Part shown: positions 1-11,989 of the stretch, piece by piece
Numbering within the stretch: position 1 is the first letter of the stretch
Layout of the letters: each line of letters begins with the position of its first letter
NCBI GenBank assembly: GCA_964016885.1
Contig: OZ024756.1
Coordinates: 42,532,001-42,596,000, forward strand
DNA length: 64,000 nucleotides
Source: Eledone cirrhosa
Lineage: Eukaryota
Direction: 5' to 3'
The notes under the pieces: model-generated
Database searches by the model: none
Told to the model about the DNA's origin: nothing
Seen by the model: only the letters and a program-made list of their open reading frames with translations
Program-made: the position numbers and the translations under genes

Positions 1-648
1 AGGTGACACGCAAGCCAGTTGAACTACTTGACCAATCCCGTAAGGTGACACCCTAGCCAGTTGAACTACTTGACCAATCCATTAAGGTGACACCCTAGCC
101 AGTTGAACTACTTGACCAATCCGGTAAGGTGACACGCAAGCCAGTTGAACTACTTGACCAATCCGGTAAGGTGACACGCAAGCCAGTTGAACTACTTGAC
201 CAATCCGGTAAGGTGACACCCTAGCCAGTTGAACTACTTGACCAATCCGGTAAGGTGACACGCTAGCCAGTTGAACTACTTGACCAATCCGGAAGGTGAC
301 ACGCTAGCCAGTTGAACTACTTGACCAATCCATTAAGGTGACACCCTAGCCAGTTGAACTACTTGACCAATCCGGTAAGGTGACACGCTAGCCAGTTGAA
401 CTACTTGACCAATCCGGAAGGTGACACGCTAGCCAGTTGAACTACTTGACCAATCCATTAAGGTGACACCCTAGCCAGTTGAACTACTTGACCAATCCGG
501 TAAGGTGACACCCTAGCCAGTTGAACTACTTGACCAATCCATTAAGGTGACACCCTAGCCAGTTGAACTACTTGACCAATCCATTAAGGTGACACCCTAG
601 CCAGTTGAACTACTTGACCAATCCGGTAAGGTGACACGCAAGCCAGTT
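1..648. repeat. 42-bp tandem minisatellite, about 15 copies, running off the left edge
   Basis: Unit AAGGTGACAC(G/C)C(A/T)AGCCAGTTGAACTACTTGACCAATCC(GGT/ATT) repeated head to tail, with occasional 41-bp units. Confidence 0.95.
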
Positions 649-1140
649 CAAAAACAGCAACGCCAACTGTAAAATATTTCGCCACTCCTACAATATCTAT
701 AACGTTGACTCCTTCCAGCCTTATGCTGCGCAGTCACTGAACTGAATAGCTCGTCTGACTGCCTGCATATCAAATGATATTTACATCTCCTGTGGATTTT
801 ATCTGAAGAGACCATCTTTGACTGATGTTATACATAAGCCATACATCTTTGAATTACGTATAATAAAATAAATAGGGATGGACTAAAGTAACTATCTTTT
901 GTTTATTATTATATACAATATATTTATATCATCATCATCTTTGTTTAATGTCCATTTTCCACGCTAGCATGGGTTATATGTATATATATATATATATATA
1001 AAATATATATATATAGATGAGGATGAAGATATTGCATATACATATATATATATATCATCATCATCAACCCATGCTAGCATGGAAGATAGACATTAAACGA
1101 AGATGATGATGATATATGATGATGAAGACATATATACATA

Positions 1141-1171
<31 letters not shown>

Positions 1172-1928
1172 ATTATATATACATATATATGAAGATATCA
1201 TATATACATACATACATTTACATATTATATATATATATATTAGCAGTGTATCCCGGCGTTGCACGGGTAAGAACATTGGTAATAGCACCTCCAATGAGAA
1301 ACGTTTGTTTGTGAGTGCCTGTTAAAAACTCACGAAAATATACCGACAGGAAACTTGTTTTATTTGGAGAAAATTAAGAAGTTGAAAGTACAGTTTAGCT
1401 GTCTACGTGCATTGTTCATAGAAATATTGTTGAGCCCCTTCTTTTCATACTCCTCTGTTTTGGCCTTTTGGAGTAAATGTGAAAGAGAAAGTCACAGGTT
1501 AAGTTGGCAGAAGGTTCCAGTGCAATAGCAGTAAGGCCTAAGCTACTTATCTCAAAAGTTCATTCGCACACTCTCCACTAAGTTACTCTTTCTCTCTATT
1601 CCTTTCGGTGCAGTCCCTTGCGAATTTCTCACGTAGGCCTGGTGTAGATTTGCACCCGATCCACATGTCCGCTTTGTACGGCTTTTGGAGGAAGGAGTTA
1701 CCAGCAGTACGTTGTTCGGTATTATTACGAAAAGGTGTAGCAGAGAATCCCACGTGAACTAACAGCTCCGGAGGAAACTGCTTACCTCGAAGATTCATTC
1801 GCCATCGTTCTTGTCAATGCTCCGTTTAGTTGGAATTTACTGGTCTACAGTTAGATGAATGGCACAAAGGGTTAATGTTTATTGGCAAGAAGTGGCAACT
1901 GGGCTGGCTTGCCTCACTTATATTATAT

Positions 1929-2145
1929 ATTAAAATAACAGATTAAAGTTTAAGCAAAGAATCGCTGCTTTCACCCTTAACGCGATCTTCTGAAACTAAA
2001 AAAAAATCAATCTGTGAACGCAGAAGTAAATATTTCGAAAAACATTGCAACCGAAGGAAAACAGGAAGACGATACTTTGGTTCGTGAAGACGTTCCCTGG
2101 CAATGAACGGAAAATAGCGAACATAATATGTCATCAATATTTGTC
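1929..2145 (-). mobile_element. Terminal fragment of the PLE family seen at 51270-53878
   Basis: Reverse-complement similarity to about 53670-53878, including the hammerhead motif. Confidence 0.75.
1938..2015 (-). ncRNA. Type I hammerhead-like motif with CAGAAGA core, second copy
   Basis: Minus strand AGTTT-CAGAAGA-T-CGC-GTTAA-GGG-T-GAAA-GCA..TGC-TT-AAACT, with one mismatch in stem II. Confidence 0.5.
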
Positions 2146-2378
2146 ATAATGTCGTAATGCAGACAGTCAGACATACAGACAGATATTATAAAGATGCGAC
2201 GGAGATCAATAACCGGCGCCTAACACCCCTTTAACAACAGAAAATTGAAAAATAAAAGCTGCAATTAATATCTTTAGACCACAAGGAATATATAAATGCA
2301 AGTTTGAAGTCAATCGGAGTAGAAATATGGATTTGTATACACTTTGCAAAAATGAGGACACACAGACAACTACAGTTG

Positions 2379-2410
<32 letters not shown>

Positions 2411-2413
<3 letters not shown>

Positions 2414-2488
2414 CTTCTCCATCGGGTAGAATACTAGCAGAAAAAAATAATCTTGGCTCTACTAGTATTCTACCTGATGAAGAAGATG
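2411..2488. repeat. Short inverted repeat, about 31-bp arms and a 16-nt loop
   Basis: CATCTTCTCCATCGGGTAGAATACTAGCAGA ... TCTACTAGTATTCTACCTGATGAAGAAGATG. Confidence 0.8.
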
Positions 2489-2733
2489 CATAATTTACTC
2501 TATGTATATATGCTTGTGTATTTGTCCATCACACACTAGAGATGGCTGAGAAAGGCAGGGATGATAACGTCGACTGAGGAAGGAAGGGGTGGCAGTGTCT
2601 AATATTTGCTACACCTGTGTGTGTTTATATGTATAACGAATTGGCTAGATACATTGGCTGTTATGATTATGTGAGGGTTTGTGTGTGTGTATGTATGTGT
2701 ATATGTGTTTGTGTAAATTATATTTATATATAA

Positions 2734-3269
2734 CTAGCAGCAGTACCCAGCGCTGCCTGGGTAGGTAAAATAATATCTGCTTTGATGAAAAGGTGTTGAT
2801 CTTAGCGACTGCTTCTCGATGACTCATCTATGGCCACACACAGGCTATGCGGGGGAGGGTGGTGTTGACCTCTATCACTGAGAAACACGGGTGACTGACG
2901 AATGGGCATACTGGGAGAGGGAGTTTCGAATTTGAACGAAATCGGTTGAAAAATGTGGGAACTAGAGCCGAAAAAGGCGGAAATTTGAGCGAAACGGTGG
3001 TATTTTCGAATATTTAAGCGGCTGCCACGCTAGAGCCAAAAATCTTATTTTTCGATACCTAAAAAAAGTGACCCCCCCCCCCCCTTATCGATTTTTTATC
3101 TGCAGAATGACCCCAGAATAAAAAAAACGATACACTGATATATAGAAAACACTCCCCAATGACTCATCTATGAGCCTGTAAAGTTTCAAGAAAATCGGTC
3201 GTAAGATGTAGCCCCCTATAGGTAATACACAGACACAAACACACACACTTAATTTTATATATATACAGA
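2734..3269 (-). mobile_element. Non-autonomous Helitron, about 536 bp
   Basis: Minus strand starts A|TCTGTATATATATATAAAA and ends with hairpin ACCCAGG-CAGCG-CTGGGT then CTAG|T. It is inserted at an AT site with no target-site duplication. Confidence 0.75.
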
Positions 3270-5736
3270 TATTTGTGTGAGTGTATATGTGTTTCTGTAT
3301 GTTTATTTAGAAAGATACATAGATAATAAAATTACAAACACACACACATCTACACATACATATATATAAACAGACACACTTAGAGAAAATAATTATTACT
3401 AGAGTTCCAGTGCACTTTGGGACATAACAAAACAGATAGAGGCAAAGGGAAAACAAGTTATGCTTTTCAGCAAATTACACAAATGACGAAGAAGGGAAAG
3501 AGCACTGGGCTTAGAAAGAAGAGAAGTAGAAAAACAGAAAGGAACAATGTGTACTGCAGTCCAATGTACAGACAAAGCAGAATAACACTGAGCAGTAGGA
3601 ATAGTAAGGAGGGAAAATAGAGGAAGACAGCCCCGTCCAGGCGGTGTGATGTCTATTATGTGATAGTTCCAAATAAAGCCCACATGGCTAACTTACCTAT
3701 GAGATTTGAAAAGTGCAAACATCTCTTACTCCCTATAATGGTCTCTTTTGAAAATCGCAAAATCCTACAAGCAGGGTGAACAAAATGCAATCTATTTTTA
3801 ACCAATAGACTCTTAATAACCAAGTCTAATCTAAGGTTGTTAAATAAGAAGCGTGAAATAGTGTCAATCTGCCAACACAAATTCCTATTCTTTTTACTAT
3901 TATAACTGTGACCAAACAAAATAAACTATTAGGATTTTAAAACTAAGTCATGATCTTAACCTTAACATCCTCTCTGCCTATAGCCATAATAAGTAACATA
4001 CCTCTTTTTACATTAGACATTTGAGCTACATAACATTAATATTAAACTAAGTTTATTTAACTTTTGTCTATATCTTTTAATACAAAGGTCAGCTGAAATG
4101 TTCATAGGCTGAGTGTGAAGGAGTGATGCTAGAGCTGTGAAATCTTGCATGCATTAATTTCAACTCTTGTTATTAATAACTGCATAGTTTCCTTCCATAT
4201 TGAAAAATAAACCTCATTTGGTCATTATTTTGCACAACTACTCAACTGCTTTGCATATGTGACTGTAAAAATAACTTTTCAATATATTCATTTTATTGAC
4301 CATAGCATTTTGTGTTTCTTTGGGATGTGCATTTGCTGCGTCGTACTTGGTTCATATTTAAAATAACTATACAAGGGTTCCTTGCACATTTTAACTACCA
4401 TGATGAAACCCTCAACCTGAAGAATGGACTTTTCTATCCCTGTCAGAATATTATTAAGAGTTAGTTTGGTACATCTCCCTGAGAATATGTTGCCTATCTG
4501 CCAATGAACAGATCTTTTGTGAGTACACACCATACTACAATATGACACTATAGCAGAGTGGATTCAATGAGGAACTTATTTACTATATTCTCCTATGAAC
4601 AGAGGACTTAATAAGTGCTGCCATATCTGTACGATTACCTGGTTCTTCTAATGTCGAGATCACCACACCAGTAGCAAAGATTCTTCTTCACACCTCTTAA
4701 AAAAACTTCTCCACATCACCATTACCAAATGTCTTTAAATAAAAACACCATCAACTCTCTGACAGCACAACTCCTAACTTCACACAAAAGATGGCTTCCA
4801 TTAATGTAGCTAAACTCAACTCTAGAAGAATACACCAAGACATAAACCAAACTAGGCAATATAATTGCACTGACCTATATAATTGTTCACTCAACAATAA
4901 ATACCGGGGGGGGGGGGGGGGTATATATGTACGTGCAAAATTGTAACAAACCACTCTAGCAAAGTATACATAGGTCTGATGACTTAAGAATTCAAAACAA
5001 GAATTTAGCAGCATCAAAACAGTTTCAGAAACCAGGCTTGGAAAAAGACCACAACACTATTGAGCTGTGTATGGGATCTGAGTGATAAAATACACCTTTT
5101 AAGTTGTAATTAAGTATCTTGAGAAAGGCAAAACTGTACACTGGAGGAGGCCTTACATGCAACCTCTTCTTCCAGGAGACCATAAATATATTGTGTGCCA
5201 AGGAATAACTACTCAACAGAAAGGGCCAACTTGCTACATCATGTAAACACAGGATATACAAAACTTGCCTCAACCCTAACCTCTTGCATTATCCTGAAGT
5301 GATGACAATGGAAGATGTAAATATACCAGCAATAGCTCTTCACAGTAGTCAAACAAATTATTTCAACAATGGACATAGAAGGTATACATACAGACGACTG
5401 AACACATAGTACTAACTACCACCCTATTGTGTCTACATTGCCAAAAGCTTTCCCGTAGAATAAGGTAAACATAAAGATAGGTAGGTCCTCAAAATGTTTG
5501 CTTTGTCCTTTATTGCAGGTCCTCAAGCAGTGTATGTACTCTGTCCTTTGTTGTATGTCCTAAAACTGTTTGCTTCTTCTGTCCTTTGTTACAGGCCCTC
5601 ATATTGTCTTTGTGTATTGGAACATTTAGTCTAAGAGAACATATCTGCAGTCAGAAAAGCTGTCTTTTATTCTTTAAATATAACCTTGTTTTATATATTA
5701 ATTGGTTCATATGGATAGTTTCACTCATTATGGTAA

Positions 5737-5938
5737 TTAAAGATATGCTGTTGTTCTTCTCCCTTTGTTTCCTGTAACGGCTTCATCAACAGTTCTTTCC
5801 TCGGAACTTTTGGAAAATTCAGCAGCTCTTTCCCTGAAAAGTTGGGAAAGCGCAAGACGTCCTTCCTTGATATGTTTGGAAGGCTCGGCAATTCCTTCCT
5901 CGATATTTTGGGAAGGTTCAGCAGTTCTTTCCCCAGCC
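5737..5938 (-). CDS. Predicted terminal exon (cytoplasmic tail) of the Ig-superfamily membrane protein
   Basis: Acceptor ttttgcttatattccaccag. The phase-2 frame reads AGERTAEPSQNIEEGIAEPSKH...RRTTAYL*. It has a degenerate 33-bp repeat and an AATAAA about 70 bp downstream. Confidence 0.55.
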
Positions 5939-5998
5939 CTGGTGGAATATAAGCAAAACAGTCTTTATATATACATATATATACACATATATATACAT

Positions 5999-6032
<34 letters not shown>

Positions 6033-6033
<1 letters not shown>

Positions 6034-6313
6034 CAATATGCCCCCACCCACTGCAAAGTGGTCGTAGAGGTGCCATGGCAAAAAAGCACCCAGCCCACAC
6101 TGTAAAGTGGACATGTAGGCGCCACGGAAAAAAAGCACCCAGCACTCACTGTAAATGAGGTTGGTGTTAGGAAGGGCACCCAGCTGTAGAAATCAAGCCA
6201 GAATCAGTTCCTGTATGAGCAAGACATGGTCAGCTGACCAGACACTGCCCACAACAGGACAACCCATCTAACCCATGCTAGCGTGGAAGAACGGACGTAA
6301 AATGGTGATGATG
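6033..6313 (+). mobile_element. RTE LINE 3'UTR fragment
   Basis: Matches the 3' ends of the RTE copies at 39235-39530 and 54685-54978 and ends in (GAT)n. Confidence 0.85.
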
Positions 6314-6357
6314 ATATACACACACACACACAAAAACACACAAATATACATACACAT

Positions 6358-6746
6358 GGAGGCACATGGCTTAGTGGTTAGAGCAGTTGCCTTGCAATCT
6401 AAAGGTTGTGAGTTCAATTCTCAGACCAGGTGATGTGTTGTTTCCTTGAGCAAGACACTTTATTTCACATTGCTCCAGTTTACTCAACTGTAGAAATGAG
6501 ATGATAGGACTGGGGTCCCTATCATTCCATGGTAAAGTGGTCGTAGAGGTGCCACGGCAAAACAGCACCCAGCCCACACTGTAAAGTGGACATGTAGGCG
6601 CCACAGAAAAAAAGCACCCAGCACTCACTGTAAATGAGGTTGGTGTTAGGAAGGGCATCCAGCTATAGAAATAAAGCCAGAACCATTTCCCGTCCCACCC
6701 TTGCAAGCAGGGAAAAGCGAACGTAAAATGAAATGATGATGATGAT
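6358..6746 (+). mobile_element. tRNA-derived SINE with an RTE-derived 3' tail
   Basis: A box TGGCTTAGTGG, B box GAGTTCAATTC, central TCCTTGAGCAAGACACTT domain, and an RTE-like tail ending in (GAT)n. Confidence 0.8.
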
Positions 6747-6959
6747 TATATATACACACACATATATATTGAATTTGCGATTTAGTCAAATTCATAGTGC
6801 TAATAGTTTCATAGACTGATCTATTCTTCTCACATACATATAAAAATTAAACTATATACAAAACAAGATAACATCTGGAATTTAAGACACCTTCCCTGGG
6901 CCGAATACATTCTGGATGTTAAGACACCTTCCCAGCGCCGGATATCATCTGGATGTTAA

Positions 6960-7233
6960 GGGTTCAAAAGAGAAGACTGTACTGGTATGGACATGTGATA
7001 TGTATAGATGACAATTGGGTGAAAAAGTGCCAAGAAATCCTAGTGGAAGAAAGCTGCAGTAGAGGTAGATCAAGGACGACCTAAGAGGAGGTGATGAGAT
7101 CTGATCTCAAACTACTGAAGGTCACTGAGGATATGATGAAGGAATGTGTCAAATGGAGGGAGAATGTGCTGAATAAGACACATCCAACCCATGCAAACAG
7201 GGTAAAGCAGATGTGCTGAAGATGATGAGGATG
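6960..7233 (+). mobile_element. Degenerate RTE 3' fragment
   Basis: Remnant RRL-WYGHV coding (agaagactgtactggtatggacatgtg) and a (GAT)-like tail. Confidence 0.7.
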
Positions 7234-7999
7234 ATATCTTGTAAGAGAAAATAAAACAAAAATCATGGCATGTCTTTTAGGGATCAATTAAAAAACAGGA
7301 ACAATTCCAAAGCAATAAAATTGTCTAAAAAAGTGGAATTTTAATTACATTTTATGTTTTTATATTGTATATCATGATTTAGTAAATTCTTAGAATGTTC
7401 AGGTGACATTTTCTTACTTATACTCCTACACCTGGGCTGAATTTGAAAAATGTGACATTAATTATAAAGCTAAGTTTCAATTCTAAAATATAGAACTGTC
7501 CAATAGGAAAACTGCTATTCAAATTTCCCATAAACCATTGTTTCAAAGTATATAATGTATATATAAAGACTGACTGGGTAAAGTAGTTTGGCATGAAGTC
7601 TTATTATTGAACCCCAAATCAACCCTGAATAAGTAAGCTTGTTATCAAAATATTTCTGTTACAACCATGCCACCTTTTTTAAAATCTGTGTCTACACTAA
7701 TGTCTTCTTTCTTGTTTTAAAAGTGGTGGGTGTGATTTGAGAGAGATTTGGCTGCTATTTTTAACTGATCAAGTGATAACATAGGTATGATATTATTGAG
7801 TGTAATTGAGGAAGGTGTGAACAACAAGCAGAGTTAGTACACACTACAAATAAGTTGTGGTAGGGTGTGAAGGTTGAGGAGGAAGTAAAGTTATAAAAGC
7901 AGTAAATGAGACAAAAATGAGGAGAAATAGCTGAGTAGAAGGAAATATAAATTTGAGGGTTACTCAGATAAAAAGGTAAAAAAGAAAAGAAATACTCAC

Positions 8000-8045
8000 T
8001 CATTTGTTACTGTTACTGATGGTGGTCCAGTATTTTCTTTAGAAT
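8000..8045 (-). CDS. Predicted 46-nt exon of the Ig membrane gene (phase 1 to 2)
   Basis: tttctttcactaatcttctag|...|gtgagt; encodes (N)SKENTGPPSVTVTN(E). Confidence 0.6.
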
Positions 8046-8100
8046 CTAGAAGATTAGTGAAAGAAAAATATTACAGGCAAAATAGTTCTAGGTGATATAT

Positions 8101-8290
8101 AATAATTGTTTCTACTTTTGGCACAAGGCCAGCAATAATCCAGTGCATTACTGGTACTTTATTTTATCGACCCCGTAAGGATGAAAGGCAAAGTCAATCT
8201 CGGCGGGATTTGAACTCAGATCATAAAGGGACGTAACTATGCTGGAAAGCATGGCGTCCGACCCTCTACCGATACTGCCAATCCACCGCC
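8101..8290 (-). mobile_element. tRNA-derived SINE, second family
   Basis: Minus-strand head GGCGGTGGATTGGCAG, B box GAGTTCAAATC, and core ACTTTGCCTTTCATCCT..GTCGATAAAATAAAGTACCAG. A degenerate copy follows at about 8305-8460. Confidence 0.8.
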
Positions 8291-8940
8291 TTTATTTAGG
8301 TGATATATAATAATGGTATCTAACATAGGCACAAGGCCAGAAATCTTAGGAGGAGAAAATTAATTATATTGATTATAGTACTTTACTGGTATTTTATTTT
8401 ATTAACCCCAGAAGGATAAAAGGCAAAGCTGACTTCTGTAAAGGTCTAGAATAAATACTGTCAAGTTTTTGTTCAACATTGACAACTCTGCCAGTCCAAT
8501 GTATTGTTATATATACATAATGTCAAGCTATTGACAATATCATCATCATCACGACCATTTTATGTTTATTTTCCCTTCTTTCATGGTTTTAATGGGTTGT
8601 TGTATTCTGAGGCTAGACAGGTAGGTCAGATAAATGTGTCTTGCTCATACTTTCCATTTTGGCAGGGTTTATATCATTGGTTGCTTTTCCTAAAGGCAAC
8701 CACTTCACGGCATGAATCAAGTTCATTTTCTCATGGCACCATCAATACCATCTGATAGGGCCAAATGGATGTTTAAGGGAAAGTTAACATAAAATGAGAT
8801 AAATATAAGTTAAGGACTAAAAAAACCCCATAGAACTTAATAAATATTTATGCAGAACACTGTGTATATTTAAAAATTAGATATAACCACATTTTTTTAA
8901 TTAGAAGCCTTGCTGTGAAAGTAATAAAGTGTCAACTCAC

Positions 8941-8952
8941 TTTTCACTATTC
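8941..8952 (-). CDS. Predicted 12-nt microexon (phase 1 to 1)
   Basis: tttttctgtgcatatcag|GAATAGTGAAAA|gtgagt; keeps the frame between the transmembrane exon and the 46-nt exon. Confidence 0.45.
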
Positions 8953-9286
8953 CTGATATGCACAGAAAAACATAAAAGACAAGAGATATCACACTTTTCT
9001 GTGTACCTAGGAAATAGTGGAAAGTGTGTATCCCGGTGTATATCCCAGTTTTTAGAATAGGTACACTGTATCTCTGCATGTGGTAACTAAAAAAGTTGAC
9101 ATCAGGAAGGGCATCTGGATGTAAAACATTGTCACAAAACAACACATACAAACAATGATAGATCGAAAAGTGAACATAAAAACGATGATGTATGTACACT
9201 TCCTTCTCTTCACAAGACTTCTAATTAAAAAACTGTAGTTATATTTACATTAAATCACGAAATATACTAAATTATATATTACTAAC

Positions 9287-9403
9287 CTTTTTTATTACTT
9301 TTCTTAAAGCGCAGAAATAAAAGGATGGATACGAATAATGTTGTAACTCCAATTATGATACCAGTCAATGCATTAGCAGTAAATTTACTATCTACTTTTC
9401 CTA
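9287..9403 (-). CDS. Predicted transmembrane exon (phase 1 to 1)
   Basis: NAGNAG acceptor (ttgatag|tag) and gttagt donor. Encodes GKVDSKFTANALTGIIIGVTTLFVSILLFL-RFKKSNKK, a hydrophobic helix followed by a basic stop-transfer signal. Confidence 0.7.
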
Positions 9404-9532
9404 CTATCAAGATAGAAAACAACAGCAATAAGTAATGTTTCTAATATAGCCACATGATTTCAAATTTGGGGGGAGAGTTATAGTTGATTATATATATATG
9501 AATGTACAAAGATATAGTGATGTAGCTATCAT

Positions 9533-9565
<33 letters not shown>

Positions 9566-10299
9566 CGTCTGTATATATATATATATATATATATACGTCT
9601 GTATATATATATATATATATACACGTCTGTATACATATATGTATGTACGTATACATACTTATATATATATATTATATATATATATATATATATTATATAT
9701 TATATATATATATTATATATTATATATATATATTATATATATATATTATATATATATATTATATATATATATTATATATTATATATATATATTATATATT
9801 ATATATATATATTATATATCATTCACACACGGTAGTGTGTGAATGATATTCTTAAGGTCAACTTTTTCCCAACGACAGCCACTTCTAGGACTTGTCACTA
9901 ATTCAGTTCTCAACCAAATTTGATCAGGTTTTTTGCACTAGAATGGATTCCTCCCAGGCTACATTTTGGTATAAGGAAATTGAAATTTGGGTCAGTAGAA
10001 AAAAAGTTACGCTAAAATATGTGTGGCAAGTAGTGGAGGATAAGGGACCACATTGACTTTGACTCATCATAACTTTTTTAATTTCATGCTACCTATCTCA
10101 GTAGATAGAACTCGATAACCTGAATCGAAATTTGTCAATATTGAAAAGATTGGTGCCATAGAAATCGAGTTGTGTGACTTTAAGTGACGAAATCAGGTGA
10201 GGAGTAACGCTAAGGGACATAACTCTAGTATAAATCCATCGTAGCTGTACTAAGTAGTTTCCCTTGACACTTTGTCTGACAAAATAATTCTTATGACTG

Positions 10300-11860
10300 A
10301 TCTAACTCCTGTCATAATATGTGGACCAACAGGCATGAGTGCATTTCAAATAAAAGGAAATACTCTACACAGAACTCTAATGATTGGAGTTCAGCATGGA
10401 AAGTTTCCAACTTACAAGGAATTGCTAAAAGTGGACTTGAAAATGTTTACGCCATATGTATGAAGTAGCCAGATTGTTCATGATTGATGAAATTAGTATG
10501 GTTAGTCACTTGACACTGGCATTCATTCACAAAAGGCTTGATGAAATTTTTGGAGATCCCAAAAATGAATCTTCTTTTGTTTGGTGATTTGATGCAATTG
10601 CCCCCTGTAAATGAAAAACCAGTATTTTCTAGAATTTCATCATTTGATGCCAAAAGAGTGATGTTGAAACGAAACATTGATGTAGATCAAGGCTTATGCA
10701 ATGGTGTTATTGGAAGTTATTGAATTAATTGGGAATGGAAGCAATGTTGACAAAATTTTGGTGTCTTTTGATACCAAAAAGGACAAACCCATTTCCATTG
10801 GAATAGTTCAAGCAGACTATGAAATTTGTCACCAGAACACAATTTCCATTGTCTCTTGCTTCCTCTATAACAATTCACAAATCACAAGGAATTTCTGTGG
10901 ATGGAATAATTGCTGATTTAGGAAATCAGATATTTTCTGATGCTTAAGTGGCTCTTTCAAGAGCCAGAAAACTTTGCAATGTTTATCTCTGTGACTTTGA
11001 TCCAAGATCATTGATCATGGTTGACAAATCTGCATGGGAAGAGTACAACAAACTACGGGCTAGTACTGGAAGAACAGATTTGCCTCCATTGCCACCTTGC
11101 AGAAAAAAACCTCCTTGCATGGCAAATGCTTCTAGCATGCCCAAGAAAAGAACTAAAAGACTTAATTTGGAAGAAAATTCAAACCAACCTGCCAAAAAGA
11201 AGAAAAGAAATGAAAACAGCCAAACTTTAATCCCTAAACATCAATTAATCAACCAAAGAAATGCTTGTTTTGCAAATTCAGTTGTGCAATCACTGAATCA
11301 ATTGCCTGAATTTGTAGAGTATTTGCATAATTTTAACAACATGAATGGAGTACATCAAGAATTAAGCAATATCATTTTTAATAATCATAATAATGTCTCT
11401 AACTTAAGAAGAATAATTGGGGGAAGATTTTATGATGGAAATCAGCAATGTGCTCATGAATTTTGGAAAGAACTCTCTCTACATTTGGACTTGGTATTTA
11501 GAGAAAAACTTCAATTTATTCAAACTGATCATACTAAATGCATCCGATTGCATCAAACAAATTGCCAAGCTTTAAATAACAATGTTTGCAATTGTAATTC
11601 AAGACCTGGATGTGGAATAGAATCTGAACTTCCATTTCAAATAAAAGAGGATTTGATATTAAATCCTATTAATGGCACACAACAATTTAAATCTCTACTT
11701 TCAACAACAAATACTTTGACTTTATACTGTGATACTTGTTCTGAAAATACTGAGCATCAAATAACTTCAAGAATTGAATTTACTAACGATTTCAAATAAT
11801 CTTGTCATCTCAATTAGTAGATTTTTGATTAATAATAAAGGAGAACAAAGAAAAAGTTGG
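10300..11860 (+). pseudogene. Disrupted PIF1-family helicase followed by a partial USP (peptidase C19)-like domain
   Basis: Helicase motifs GPTGMSAF..GNTLH, MIDEISMV, LFGDLMQLPPV, VMLKRNIDVDQGLCNG, TIHKSQG and VALSR. Then LINQRNACFANSVVQSL (Cys box), QQCAHEF and a frameshifted LVISISRF. Confidence 0.75.
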
Positions 11861-11989
11861 GCCAAAAATGGCGCTGACATTTAGGGAGAGTCAACTGTAA
11901 TTCGATCTTGACAAATTTTGGCTTAACTTTTTTTAAAATGAAATTAGATTAATAATTTTAATATAACAATTTATGCAAAATTTAGCTCA

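Larger units (their letters stand above)
1240..2194 (-). mobile_element. Non-autonomous Helitron-like element
   Basis: Minus-strand 3' end has a CCCG..CGGG hairpin (1252-1267) followed by CTAA/T. The putative 5' end is A|TCTTTATAATA at 2194, next to a (CAGA)n tract. The 5' boundary is uncertain because of a nested PLE fragment. Confidence 0.5.

Noticed and set aside
1-648. CRISPR-like array
   Set aside because: Contiguous tandem units with no unique spacers, in a eukaryotic context
2474-2490. CTGATGA as a hammerhead core (also at about 32740)
   Set aside because: No stem II plus GAAA follows
3697-5300. Scattered splice-like sites and short ORFs
   Set aside because: No coherent frame or recognisable protein, and they lie downstream of the predicted poly(A) signal
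6358-6430. tRNA gene
   Set aside because: A and B boxes are present but there is no full cloverleaf and it continues into a SINE body
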